Below are positions 37,721 through 50,725 of a stretch of 64,000 bases of DNA, piece after piece. Each line of letters begins with the position of its first letter. The first letter of the stretch is position 1. The notes below the pieces were generated by a model, which saw nothing but the letters and a program-made list of their open reading frames with translations, had not been told where the DNA came from and made no database searches. The DNA comes from Rhina ancylostomus (lineage: Eukaryota), in assembly GCA_030265395.1 (NCBI GenBank), contig JARFYF010000055.1, positions 17,411,021 through 17,475,020 on the forward strand, in the 5' to 3' direction. Both the position numbers and the translations under genes were made by a program.

Positions 37721-39171
37721 GTGGCAAGAAAAACAAGGTTATCAATCTTACAGAGTAAGGAATATGCAAATACAAGTGAAGGATGCCGTGGAAGAGTGAT
37801 AAAATGGTCATTATTTTCAGGAGTTTACATACTTAAAATGCGATCCTTGTTTCATTGATTAACAGATAATAAAGCTTCATGATCACAACGATTTTAGTAC
37901 TATCTTCTCTAAAATAAAATTATTAATTGCTGTGGTAAATGGTGTATGTGAATAAAAACTAATTTTTATCCAAAATGTAAATTCAGTGCAACCAAATATG
38001 AAAATGCTTGAAACACTATTTTCACAAAGTACTGCTTCAATGCAGGACTTGTATTGAATTTATGGCCAAGAGTTGAGAATAAATGGCTCAAATTTTTAAT
38101 AACATGATTCCTTATGGCATATATTCCAAATACACCAGTGGTCAGCAGAGTCAACCTAAAAACACATTTCCATATAATAGGAACTAAGTAATCAAATATT
38201 CCAAGTATATCCAAGTCACTACTTTTCTAAAATTGAAAGGAATGGACATACATGCCTCATTTTTGTTTTCTTGTCTTCTATTTAGTGTGAATAATTCTAT
38301 CACTGCCTTGAAAGAGTTAAAACCTTAGACTAATCTACCATAACACTGGCAATACTTTAACACAGGATAGGATGATATACTTAAGCAGTTATTCCTTTCT
38401 GAAATGAAAATATGTTGATTTCCACAGTAAATCTGAATGCAAAAACAATGGAACGCTAATAGAAAAGAGGATTGTCAATGTCATGATCTTTGCTTTGCCA
38501 TATTATATGACTCAATGTAATTTTCTGCATCCAGTACCATTGTTCTTAATTTGTAAAAATGTATCCAATCATAATATATTTCATTTAATTAAAATCACTC
38601 AACATTTGTGCCTGTCTAGTAATGATTAAAAGCAATGATAACAATTGTTACAAATTTAAAATGCAAGAGGAACAATTTAATGTGAAATTTTGTAAAAGCT
38701 CATTCAAATAATTTTATCTTTGAATTGCAGTAACTGGGTATTGTATTATTTAATGTGAATTCAACCCAGCATAAAACATCAAAATTGGCTGGTGTATCTG
38801 CCAACTAAATAATCAGCAATGCAATATATTGAGAACAACCTTTTAAAGCTAAGCATTAACAGTTTAAATTCACCAAGCCCAACTGGCATTGACACCTTAT
38901 CCTACAGCTAACACAAGTGATGGAAGTTGTACTTTAATCAAAGCCACATAAAATAAATGGAAACCTAATTCTGCAACCAGTGTGTTAACCATCATGCTGA
39001 ATAATAAATGAATGATCCCTAGATACATATTTTACTGCTGTTTATGCAATTGTGTGAAAAATCAGGAAGTAAGGTTTGGCTGAGTAAATCAGTATTAATT
39101 GATTTCTGAAGTGTTATCTGTTAATCAATCAATGAGTGAATGAAATAATAAAATCTTATCAAATATAGATA

Positions 39172-39248
39172 ACAGTTAAAAGAAGCACATGGGCACAGTT
39201 AAAAGAAGCACATGGGCACAGTTAAAAGAAGCACATGGGCACAGTTAA
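39172..39248. repeat. 23-bp minisatellite running into a 306-N gap
   Basis: acagttaaaagaagcacatgggc occurs three times perfectly, plus a partial fourth copy, followed by N at 39249-39554. Confidence 0.92.
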
Positions 39249-39624
39249 NNNNNNNNNNNNNNNNNNNNNNNNNNNNNNNNNNNNNNNNNNNNNNNNNNNN
39301 NNNNNNNNNNNNNNNNNNNNNNNNNNNNNNNNNNNNNNNNNNNNNNNNNNNNNNNNNNNNNNNNNNNNNNNNNNNNNNNNNNNNNNNNNNNNNNNNNNNN
39401 NNNNNNNNNNNNNNNNNNNNNNNNNNNNNNNNNNNNNNNNNNNNNNNNNNNNNNNNNNNNNNNNNNNNNNNNNNNNNNNNNNNNNNNNNNNNNNNNNNNN
39501 NNNNNNNNNNNNNNNNNNNNNNNNNNNNNNNNNNNNNNNNNNNNNNNNNNNNNNTCCAGCATGGAATCCATGTGCTAGACAACAAGGCATTAATGGAGCC
39601 AAATTGAGGGCCAGAGCTCAGAAC

Positions 39625-40060
39625 CATGACAGTTTCAGGTAGATGACCTTTCATAAACCTGAAATATTACCTCCATTCCTCTCTGCCTGACTTTCTGAAT
39701 ATTTCTGGTATTTTCTCTTATTGATCATTTTCTTAGTCATTTACTGTGATGTTTGCTAAGACTTTACACATTGAAAGTATTTCTTTAGTATAATACAGTT
39801 ACCTACCTGGTCAGTAGCAAAGGGAGGATATCATTACTAACCTCAGAGAATTTTCCCCACAAAAGTTCAGAAGTCTCTTTGGCATGAATTTCCTCTTTCT
39901 CCTTATTGGTTGTTTCCAGGTACCTTTTTGAGGGATATCTGTTACCCAATAACAGTGATATCTTCAAGCTAAAATGAAAACAAGAAGTGCTGGAAACACT
40001 CAGCAGATTAGACTGCATCTAAAGAAGGAGAATACAGTTAACATGAACCTTCATCAGAAT
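39625..40060. mobile_element. Two decayed arms of the PLE-derived repeat (39625-39720 and 39975-40060)
   Basis: Reads 'gtttcaggtagatgacctttcat...cctgaaatatt...tgcctgactttctgaatatttctgg' and 'gtgctggaaacactcagcagattagactgcatct...gttaac...ccttcatcagaatt'. Confidence 0.55.
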
Positions 40061-41284
40061 TGGAGAAGTGAGAGAAAAGCAGAGAGGTTAATGACGGGAA
40101 TTCCAGAGTTCAAGACCTGGCAAGTAAAGGCAGGAACTGTTAATGGTGAAGCAATGGTAATCAGGAATGTTCAATAGGCCAGAAATGGAGGACTACAGAG
40201 ACTTTGAGAATTGTAGTGCAGCTGAAACTTGTAGAGATAAGAATGGGTAAGATCACAAAAGAATTGTAAAACATGGATGTTGAATTTAAATCAAAGCATT
40301 CAGGATTGGATGCTGACAGGTCATAGTAGAATGAGACTACTTGCCAGAAAGGAAATGTGCAACATAATTTTTGATGGACTAAAGTTTGAGGAACGCAAAA
40401 TGGGAAACCAATTGAGAGGGCATTCGAGGATTTTAGCAGCAGATGAAATGAGACAACAATGGAGACAGCTTTATCAGTTAAATAATCGATCTTCTGGAAT
40501 GTATATTTTTGGTGGTTTGGGTTTGGTTGAATATTCTGATATTTTGCTTTGTTACCTTTGATAACCAGAATCTGTTTAGTTTCCACGGTAAACTATGCCC
40601 CATAAAACTCATTAAATGGTTTCCTGTACTCAGCCACCTGAGCAGGATGGGCTAGATTTTTGTTTATTTTTGTGCTATTATAAAGGAATCAAAATGATGT
40701 AATGAAACTTATCTGGATTTAAGTTATATGGATTTCTAAGGGAATTTAGGGTGATGCCAAGACACTCAAATTTTAAACGTGTACCAACTTTATTCTAACC
40801 TCTTTCTTAATCTTCTTGTCCTTATTTGTTGAAAATAAGAACCAACAAAGGACCCTTGCATGTTAAAAATACAAGGATTCCAAATTACTGGGTCATCATG
40901 CAAGCTCGATTTTCTAATGACTAATCTATTGTACTTTGTGTTGGCTCACCAGATGTTAATAAAAGGTTTGCTTTGGTCCTGGCAAGGTAAATAAAATGTC
41001 TGCACAGATCTCCCAATGCCTTCACACCCTGCTGACAGTGTTTTTATCAATGATTACTGAGTAGCTAAGAGCAAGAGCCACGTCTGTAATGGTTGAAGCA
41101 GCAGGGACTGTCCTGCTGGCTAGCACTTACCTATTGTGGCAGATGTACAAGAAGCTTACAACTTGGAGTACAGATTATCATAGCAAGGTAGAACTCAGTG
41201 TGCTAGCACATTATATATACAAAAACATTAGATGAATGTTATTTTGTCCTCCAAAAGTACAGCTGAAAGTTAGGAGACTATTGT

Positions 41285-41475
41285 TATAGAAACATAGAAA
41301 ATAAGAGCAGGGGTAGGCCAATCAGCCCTTCAAGATCATTCCACGTGGCATGGCTGATCATCTCCATGGCTGTTCCTCTGTCTACCCATATCTACTGATC
41401 CCTTTAGTCCTGAGAATTATATCTAACTCCTGCTTGAATATATTTAATGGTTTGGCTTCAGCTGCCTTTTATAGG
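41285..41475 (-). mobile_element. CR1 3' end fragment
   Basis: Reads 'atagaaacatagaaaataagagcaggggtaggccaatcagccctt...catggctgatc', the antisense CR1 tail with terminal microrepeats. Confidence 0.75.
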
Positions 41476-42249
41476 AGATCCTTATGTTAAACCGTTAATG
41501 TGTTTTGCTTTCTCTGAATAATTGTGAATTGGACTTTTTGGCCCGAACTCATTGGTTTATATTGAGGCTTTGGCAAAGACTTGGGAAACAAATGAGAGAA
41601 TTCCCATGGTGAAGCATCTTTATTGCCTGGATAGCAAGTCAGAGTTTGGTTTTCATAGTTTAGAGAGGCATGGACTCAGGGCTGATGTGCTCCAGGGTTA
41701 TGAGGCAATGATGAGATTACAAGGCATCTGGGCAGAAATTGAAATTAGAAATTGACGTGCACCCTAAAAGGTGCATCACAGGGTTGTTATGCGGCACCTC
41801 AATGACTGTTCAGTCATGGAGCCACAAGTGCAGAGCTCTGTGGCATTTGAGGCCCCAGTTCCTGGACCATTCTGAAGCTCTGTGGAGTGTGAGTGAAGGG
41901 ANNNNNNNNNNNNNNNNNNNNNNNNNNNNNNNNNNNNNNNNNNNNNNNNNNNNNNNNNNNNNNNNNNAGTCCTGCCCCAATTAATGCCTGTTGGGAGTGA
42001 GTGGCCCTAAATTGTGGGATGAGGGAGGGAGATCAGGGCCTCAACAGTAGATTACAGGGGGTTAGGGAGTTCAGAAAGTTGGAGGTAGGTTCCATCTGTG
42101 GTCAGGAAGAAGGGGGTCCGGTGGGCAGTGGGAAGGCAGAGTCTGGGGCAAGTGAAGAATAGGATTTACCTCAGTGAGACTCTTGGCCCAAGCATTATCA
42201 TTCTTAAACCCTGTAAGGAGCACTGTAAGGGAGATACATATATAAATAA

Positions 42250-42790
42250 AATAGAGAGCAGAAATAGACCATTTAGCTCATTGAGCCTGCTCTGTGGTTT
42301 AATAAGATCATAGCTGATCTGACTAACCTCATCTCAACATTCCAGTATACCAGTGGTAACCTTTCACCCTCTTGCATATCAAGAACCTATCTACCTTGAC
42401 CTTCAAAACCTTCAAAGACTCTGATTCCACTCATCCTTTGAGGAAAGGAGTTTCATAGACTCACAATCCTGTAAAAGAAAAATAAAATTGCCTTAACTCT
42501 ATCTTAAATTGATACCTTTCATTTTTAAACAATGACTCCCATTTCTAGGTTCTCCCACAAAAGGAAATGAATCTTGTATGTTTCATTCAAATCCCCCTCA
42601 CTCTCTACACACCAGCAGATACTAGCCTGGCCTATCGGTCAGTCCTGGGTATTAGTCTGCTAAACCTTCTCTGAACTGCTTCCAATATTTTAACATTCTT
42701 CCTTAAATCAGGAGACCAATCCTGCTCACAGTACTCCTGATGAGCTCTCACCAACACCCTAGAATATTGAGTGTAACCTCACTACTTTTG
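42250..42790 (-). mobile_element. CR1 3' fragment
   Basis: An antisense tail plus ORF2 C-terminus, including 'aaccttctctgaactgcttccaa...ccttaaatcaggagaccaatcctgctcacagtactcc' (antisense of EYC...WSP.L.K...LEAVQRRF). Confidence 0.8.
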
Positions 42791-43499
42791 TGATGTCAAT
42801 CAACCTGTGCCTGATGCGAAATTTACTTCAAACACTTGAAGGTGAATCTAAACTGGATGTATATACCCTGTTGAATTCCTAGAGTGACACAATTTGACCC
42901 CAAAATAGTCACAATTATATCCCACTTTGGAAAATAATTGATTTTCAACCATCGGTAAAAATAGTTCTGTGCATCCAAAGTCCTAGGCCTGTGTGTCTGC
43001 AGGGAGAGGGCCTGCAGGGCAGATATGGATTAGACATTTTCCTTTGCCAAAGGATAGTGAATCTATGGAGCAGATCGGTATCTCACATCCTTGGACCCTA
43101 CCGNNNNNNNNNNTGAAGGAAATTACTGCATCCAAGACCAAAATCAGGTCATGGTGGGGGTGGAGACATGGCAAGAGAGACCCGGTGGAATGGACATAAT
43201 CTGTATTTGGTGGGAGTGGGTAGGTGGTTCTAGCTCGTGGAGTGAAGATGGGAATATCAGAGCCTCAGTGGAGAAAGTTCGGAAGTTTGGGAGCTCAGGA
43301 ATTTGGGGTGGGTTCAGGGAGCCTGACTACACAGGGTCAGGGATAGGTGCTGGGAGGGCAGAGCCTGAGGTAGCTGACGAATGCTGCATTGCATCAGATA
43401 TAAGCTGCACCTGTCTCTGGCTGGTTTAGAAACCTTATCAGATTACCGTTATCAATGTTGGGCATGTGATAAAGGTAATCTGATAAGGTCTCTGCATGA

Positions 43500-43830
43500 T
43501 TGCAAAGTCTCATTGATCACTCTCAAAATTTTAAGTTTCAAAGGGTAGAGACTGAGAGTCCGTGTTCTCTGGCTGGAGAACCTAGAACTAAGGGGTATGA
43601 TCTCACAGTAAGGGGTGGGACATCTAGGACTGAGATATGGAATAATTTCTGTACTCAAATTGTTGAATATCTTTGGAATTTTCTACAGTTTATTTAAGAT
43701 TGAAATAAATAGATCTTTGAAATCTAAGGGAAAATGGGGATGATGTCCAGAATGAACCACAAACTTACTATGTGTGAAGAAGCTTGAGGGTCTGAATGAT
43801 CTAATCCTGCTTCTGCTTCTGTGTTCTCAT
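43500..43830 (+). mobile_element. Old CR1 3' fragment
   Basis: Translates to LAGEPRTKGYDLTVRG..SRTEI.NNF.TQ.V..LWN, followed by the tail 'gagggtctgaatgatctaatcctgcttct'. Confidence 0.7.
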
Positions 43831-44764
43831 GGTCTTCTGTAGTCATTGACAACAAAGGAAGCCTGCAGCCAATTCTCCATTGTTACCATTCTTGTTTGCA
43901 TCAAATGTTTTCCTCTGCCTGGAATCAGCTTCTAGCTTAGTGGCAAGTCATATGTACTGCAGTTCAAAAAATGTCACAAGAGATAGATAGATCAGTAGGT
44001 CTATACCCATCTATCATATCTTCTTTATTAAAAAGATATCTTTAATCTTTATATTAAAAGCCTTCTGTGACTGGAAACTACTTAATTGATCAGGTTGGGA
44101 ATACTATGATTTCTTTTTAACGTTTTAAGTTTCTCTTGCTTGTAATTGTTTGAACAATCAATTAGTGGTGCCTACTTGGATGAGAGACCAATTGTGAAAC
44201 TATTTCTCTGCAGCATTAACAAGATAATAACAAAGTGAACCCAGCACACCATCACAGTAACGTATATGATTATAAAGTACTGTTAAAGATTATCTGCACT
44301 GAAGCAATGATAACCTGCTCCTCTGGAAAGCTGAGCTCTAGAATTGCCCTTAAATTAATCTGACTAACCTTAAAATTGCTTGGTAAAGCTGGCAAAAAAA
44401 TTCACAGCCTAAGCAATCAATTTCACATTATCTGTGAAATATTTTATTCATGTTTTATTTTCCATAAACCATCTCCTTCAAGGGCCTTTGTAGCTGGGGG
44501 CTTTTCTAGAGTCCATTTCCAAAGAGAAATAATGACTGAGTGTCCGTCCACTTCTGATTACCTTCTGTTCTGAATGCTGACTGCAAGACTTTATTCTGGA
44601 AGTATATCATGCATTCAGTTGGTTCACCTATACTCTTCAGAGATGACTAACTCTGATAGTTGTTTTAATAACAAACCATATCCTTATAATGGAATACTTT
44701 TGGAGTCAGCATGAAAATTGGTGGAGTGGGAGAAGGAGAGAGAAACTTAGATAAATAGCCACTA

Positions 44765-44872
44765 ACTTGAAATGTGAACTGTCTTTCTCTCCACAGATAC
44801 TGTCAGACTCACTCAGCATTTCCAGCATTTTCTCTTTTTATTTCAGATTACCAGCAGCTACAGTATTTTATC
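44765..44872 (+). mobile_element. Single arm of the PLE-derived repeat
   Basis: Reads 'tgaaatgtgaactgtctttctctccacagatactgtcagactcactcagcatttccagcattttc...tttcagattaccagca'. Confidence 0.7.
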
Positions 44873-45282
44873 TTTTTAATGAAAAGTGCAGGATATTTCT
44901 TGAACTGGATTTAACAATAAACAAGAATAATCCCAAATGTAAAGAAGTTAGAGGAACCGAAGCTCGGTAGTACAGATAAGAAAGACAGTTAAGGGTGCAG
45001 TTTTACAAAAAGTCAAGCTTTCTAAAATGATTAATTATAGAACATTACAAAGTGGTATAGTTTGTAAGGCCAGCAGACAAATTAGCTTTGTTAAGAATTA
45101 AATTGAGAACAGATATTAGACTTTGTACCCTGGAGAACCAGAGGTCTAGGGAATCCAGATTTAATGGAGCAGATTATTTCTTGCCCTTGACACTTTTTTA
45201 TTTGTTATAGCAAATTAAATTATGATTTTTTTTTGTCTAGCAATATGGAGTTTCTAAAAATCTAAAAAGATTATAGCTTGAA

Positions 45283-45608
45283 TATAGAACAGTACAGTGC
45301 AGGAACAGGCCCTTTGGCCCACCATGACTGCACCAACCATGATTTCAATCTAACTAATCCCATCTGCCTGCACATGGTCTGTATCCCTCTATTCCCTGTG
45401 TGTTCACACATCAATCTAAATGTCTCTTAAATGTTGCTTTCATATCTGCTTCTACCTCCTCCCCTGGCAGCATGTTCCAGGCACCTACCACCCTCTGTGT
45501 AAAAAAAAACTTGGATCACAAATCTCCTTTTAAACTTTCCCCCTCTCACCTTAAACCTATGCCCTCTATTATTTGACATTGCCATCCTGGGAAAAAGACT
45601 CTGACTAT
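45283..45608 (-). mobile_element. CR1 (HER1-like) 3' end
   Basis: ORF 45427-45627 gives SQSLFPRMAMSNNRGHRFKVRGGKFK...FFYT. The antisense tail is 'atagaacagtacagtgcaggaacaggccctttggccc'. Confidence 0.9.
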
Positions 45609-46044
45609 ATTGGAAAATCCATTGCATAGCAATGTATTACAGGGTGGAATTTTATCAAAAACCTATTCACTAAATGCGATCAAGAATTTAGTCAACCAAT
45701 GGAATGNNNNNNNNNNNNNNNNNNNNNNTGGAATGCTTCTCAATCTGCCAGTAATATGATAAAGTAACACCCAAAGACTGTAGTGAAATCAAACCATGCA
45801 AAGTGCTCATTTTGGCTAAAGTTATTTCATGAATCCAACATCAACAAATGGTTCAGGCTTTGCACAGACTGAAGTTGCCTTTCACCAGCTCAGCACTTCA
45901 CTGGTGTAAGTTGGGAAGTCTGAAGCAAATATTGTCCTCCAGGTTGATTCTCCTTTACGTGTTTTTCCTAGTGAGTGCTCCTACCCCACACTCTTGCTTC
46001 CAACTCCATCCCAACCACCTCATACGAACCTGCGAAAATGGAAG

Positions 46045-46185
46045 GATATGAATTTGGAACCAGAGGAGGCCACATGCCTCTTCCGCTCCCCAGATCTGCT
46101 CTGCCATTTAATAAGATCATGGCTGATCTGAATGTAACTTCAGCTCCACATTTCTGATCACTCACTGCCTTAGTTATCAGGTATC
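46045..46185 (-). mobile_element. CR1 3' tail fragment
   Basis: Reads 'gaggaggccac...ctgctctgccatttaataagatcatggctgatctg'. Confidence 0.65.
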
Positions 46186-48234
46186 CCTGTGTGGCCCCAG
46201 TACCCAGCCCTAATCCTCTTCTTGACTGACCATTCACATCATCTCCCCAGCTCACTCCAATCTGCATCATACTTAATGCCCCATCCAAATTTTGCGCTCC
46301 CCTGAAAATTTCTCTCCTTCTTCAACCTCACTCCCTCCGCAAGCTTGGCAATGGTGTAAGTTCACAAATGAAACAATGTTTTTAGTGTGTTTAGGGGTAC
46401 AAAATATCATGTGTGATTACTTGGACCTCTGTGATAGAATATCATCCCATGGGCCTCCCATTAAACTCTTGCAGCAACCCCCCCCCCCCACACCCCCGAT
46501 CCTACTTTAACAGTGGGGGTACATTTTCTAGCTCTGTTTCTGTAATCATCCTGCCTCATTCTCATGTGCAGTGGGATCTGAGTCCAAATCAGCAATGTGC
46601 TTTAAACAGCATTCGCAATAATCTGAACTCAGTGACTACTTAATCCAGGTGGAACGATATCTAGCTGGTATTTCCAAAGAGAGTAGTTTAATAAACAGAC
46701 ACAGCTTTACTGGTTCTTGACCTGCCTGATAATGGGGTAAAACATATCCCTGACAGCAGCAGCACAGACAGAGCAGGGCTCTCAATTCCATTGTAAAAGC
46801 AATGACTTGATTTTTGTTTTAAGCCTTCCTCCTTCAATGATCATCAAATGTGAGCTCATCTTGAAGGAGGAAGAGCCAATTTCACTGCTTGAAAATTATA
46901 TCAGACTATTAATTGGAAAAAGGAACTGAGACTTATCTGTAAAGATTAAAGTAATATCCTGTCTAATGATAAAAAGTTTTCGTCGAAATGGGTTCCATTG
47001 TGTTAATTCTCAAGTCAGACGATGGATTCAAATATGGCATTGATATTTGTCTGATTGTTTTATGGCTTTGGTTGAGAATCTATTCGATAAGATGTTAACT
47101 TGAAGAGTGACAGGGTTCTTCAGTTTGATTCATTTATACTCGCTGATTTATTCATAGTCAGTTCACATCTTTGATTGTTTTGTTGGACTTGCATTCTTTT
47201 ATATCTTTCATTGCAACTGAAAATTAATTTTAATCAAAGTGTGTGAGTTCAGGAATTCTCAGCAAGGACACATTTGAAGGCCCAGCCTTGCAACACTCTT
47301 ATGGACTTTTGACACTTCATTGTTGTCAATGGCCTTTGAACTGTTTTAGAGTATCCCTGACAAACAGTTCAAATAAGCCTAAGTTATAAAATGATTAAAA
47401 ATCAAATTTAATTAAAAATGCCTTAAAGTCCAAGAATTTAATTAAAAATATTAAGTTAAAATAAGTAAACCACATGCCTGCAATTTCATTTCACTCTCAG
47501 TCAGCATTCCCATTCAATGATTGAATGGGGTTGTTCTGCTTACGCCAGCTATCCCAAGCAAAATGGTGCAGGGCTGGAAGAAAAATGCATGTGGCAGCAC
47601 TTGTGCACTGCCACTGGACTCAGTGTTGAATCCACTGGTGGAACAGAAGGTCAGGTGCATCACATCATGACCTCTAGCTTGCCTCTGGCTTTCAAATTTC
47701 AGAACATGTGTGGAAGTTAGGGTGAGCTGAATGATGGGATGCAGTTAGCCAGTGGCACCCTGAAGAATTGACAGCTGAGGGTAAATATTATCTGGCTCTA
47801 TATTAGTCTGGAGAAATTACCAGACAGTTGTGAGCCTTATCATATGTCATACCTCACTTCCAACTTATTGACTGTCATAATGTTACCAATAGACACTCTG
47901 GGACTATATTCTGTAAAGGCTAAGGACCAAGAATTGGAAGTGAAATGCAGATGTAAAATTTCAAGATTGTTTGGCTCTGCTTTTAAAGTTAATTGATGTA
48001 CTAGTTTCTGCTGCCAATGGCTAAATTTATTTTTAACAAGTGCCATCATTGACAGAGGCATCAGGCAAAGTAGAAGAGTTCTGATGCCCCAACCACATTT
48101 CAGTCAAATGATAGCACATCTAGATCCCAAACTGTTAAGCACATTTAGCTGCAATTGAGGTGTGAACCCATTGAATTCAGTAGGTTTCTCAATCCCCCTG
48201 GAATAACTGGGTGTTTCCAAGAACCCCTCCCTGA

Positions 48235-48508
48235 GCATTGCCTTTTGACTTCCCCTGCCAAGAGCAGTGTCACAGATTGCAAATTCCCCACCAAGTCACC
48301 CACTGTCCTGACTTGTCATTGCTTCTTTGTTGCTGGGTCTAATTCCTTGAACTCCCTCCTCAACAGCACAGTGGGTGAACCTTCACCAAAAAGACTGCAG
48401 TGGTTCTAGAAGATGGATGGATTGCCATCCACTTCTCACAGCCATTCAAAGATAGGCAATAAATGCTGGCCTTGCCAGAAATGTCTGGATCCTATAAATG
48501 AATAAAAG
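48235..48508 (+). mobile_element. CR1-group LINE 3' end
   Basis: Reads 'ttcccc.ccaagtcac.cactgtcctgactt...aactccctcctcaacagcacagtggg...gactgcagtggttc...ggcaataaatgctggccttgccag...atgaataaaa'. Confidence 0.7.
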
Positions 48509-48537
48509 AATTGCAGGAGATTCAGAGCCACAGCTGT

Positions 48538-48850
48538 AGAGTCATATAACATGAAAACAGGTCCTTTGGTCCACTGAGTCTGCAATGATCACCAAGCACC
48601 CAATCACACTAAATTTACATTAGTCCCATTTTATTTTCCTCACCTTCCCATTAACTCCCTCAGATTCTATCACCCATCTACACTAGTGACCAATTAACCT
48701 ACCAACCAGCACATTTTTTTGGGGATGTCGGTGGAAACCTACATGGCCACAGGGAGAACATTGAAACTTCATACAGCTCTGGAGGTCAGGATGAAACTCG
48801 AATCTCTGGAGCTATGAGGCAGCAGCTCTAGAATATGCCACTGTGCCATC
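48538..48850 (-). mobile_element. V-SINE (HE1-like) with a CR1 tail
   Basis: It is the reverse complement of the 15597-15896 family: 'gtcatataacatgaaaacaggtccttt...cacagggagaaca...gaggtcaggat...gccactgtgccatc'. Confidence 0.8.
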
Positions 48851-49084
48851 CTAACTCCTTGGACATCATCTGGCTGGACTCTGGAGAGCTGGAATCAGGT
48901 GACCTCAGGAAAGAAAGCTCTCTGCATTGGAGTGGTCAGACAAATTGATTGTCCAATGTCATGTGTTCAAATATTATGAAATGCTTACAAGAAGATTAGG
49001 CAACCCAATCAATTCAGCAAGAAGCTGGCAACTGGTGTGTAAGATCAAAGCCTCAGGATTAGGTGCAATCACCCCATTGACTCA

Positions 49085-49560
49085 CCATAGAACATGTCTA
49101 TTTAGCCCAATTCTTCTAAGCCAATACTTATGTTCCACATAAGGCGCACCCTTCCTTATGTTATCTTCCAGATTATTTTAACCTTGTAGACCTCAATCCC
49201 TCTTGTATCTTTCCTGCTTCGTCTTAAATATATTTTTGCTAATTGCCTCGACCAATGCATGTGATTGTAAGTTGGAAACTATAAACAGTCTCTGAATAAG
49301 GACTACCTCCTGAATTCTTTGGGTTATTAATGACCATTTTACACTTCTGCTGATTCTGCCTACCCTTGTGTGGAAATTTGCATCTATTCCATCAAAACCA
49401 TCTGTGATCTGAAAGTCTTTTATCCATCCCATAACAGGAATTCATCCAACCTTTCCTGTGAGAGGAAAGCTTGTTGCTCTTGGCCTTGTTAATCTTTTTT
49501 GAATCTTTACCATCCCGCTACACCCATTTTAAATTACAGAAATCAAAACTGTTCATAATA
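49085..49560 (-). mobile_element. Very old CR1 3' relic
   Basis: ORF 49193-49432 gives FQITDGFDGID...LVEAISKNIFK, which resembles the CR1 C-terminus. Confidence 0.5.
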
Positions 49561-49677
49561 CAATAAATACAGAGAAAAATATCTTTGTACTCTGTAAAGG
49601 TGCGCAATGGTTATTTAAATTATTTTTTTTCTCTCCGCTTCCCCCCCCCACCACTTCTCCCTCTCATTTCCATTTCC

Positions 49678-49738
49678 ATGGAGCAGACTCAATGGGCCAA
49701 ATGGCCTTCTTCTGCTCTCTTATCTTGTGATCTTGTGA
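49678..49738 (+). mobile_element. CR1 terminal tail
   Basis: Reads 'ggagcagactcaatgggccaaatggccttcttctgctc...tcttgtgatcttgtga'. Confidence 0.75.
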
Positions 49739-50634
49739 AATTCAGATTTTTTTAATAAGTGTGGTTGAATCAAAGTTCTATTGAAGTTTAAATCAGCTTC
49801 TCCATTCCTATTGCTTTAACAGTTAGTGGTGGGGTTTTATTTATTACCTTACTAACCCCGGTTGTTTCTTCCTTTGATTCATGTGCTCATTTTCTCAGTG
49901 TTGCTTCCACCTCTCCAGACCTAACTTGGTCCCATTCCTGATTCTTCAGCGATGTCTCCTTATTTAATTTCCACAATGTTTATTTTGTTCTCCTCCTACA
50001 ACTGTTGGTGTTCTTCCAAGATGTTACAAGTTGCTGCTGCATGAATTTCCATTTCTCTGAATTATGGCATGTTTATCTATTAACTTCGCAATGAACAATC
50101 CCTCCCTCCATGTTTTCATATAGTCTAACTGTCCTCTTCAATACACCGTTAAGTTTCATCACATTTATCTGTTGAGATTCATTGTGCAGAAGAAGCATGC
50201 TTTCACCTTCCTTTATTTTCCTGTGATAAACGTCCATGACTCATTCTGTTATTCCCAAAATCATATATTAAACAAAGACGGTATTTGCAGTGGTACACAG
50301 CAAAAATAAATTTGAAGACCAAAGTCTGTGATGCACCGGAGTTTCAATTTTATGTCAAGCCCCCAATCTCTTTGATTATTATTTGCAGCAGGATTGTGGG
50401 ATATTGGAGTCATCCCTTTTATGTTCTAGGGAAACTAAATGTGTTAAACCAAGTTTAGGGAAACCTTTAAAATCCTCTATCATCTCCACAAGTTATTAAG
50501 TACAGTTTCAGCAAAGAAAACATATGAATTTATATCTTCAGATTGACCCTGAAATGTTAACTGTCCCTGGATTACCTTTGAAACCTAGTTACTGTTCCAT
50601 GGACAAATAAGGCAGTCAGTTTTCTCACAATGGG

Positions 50635-50725
50635 GTCTTACAAACAGCAACAAAATATGATCAGTTAATCTGTTTTAGTGATGTTGATTGAGGGATATAT
50701 GCTGGCCAGGAGAATTACCCTGCCT
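50635..50725 (-). mobile_element. Deu-domain SINE fragment
   Basis: The sequence 'caaacagcaa...atgatcagttaatctgttttagtgatgttgattgagggatatatgctggccagg' is the antisense of the Deu core 'cctggccaatatttatccctcaaccaacatcactaaaacagattatctggtcat'. Confidence 0.7.

Noticed and set aside
39172-39248. Direct repeats as a CRISPR array
   Set aside because: The units are contiguous with no spacers, the context is eukaryotic, and there are no cas genes.
39199-39654. Long ORFs in the track, also at 32145-32479 and 55413-55865
   Set aside because: They are artefacts of N runs translated as X.
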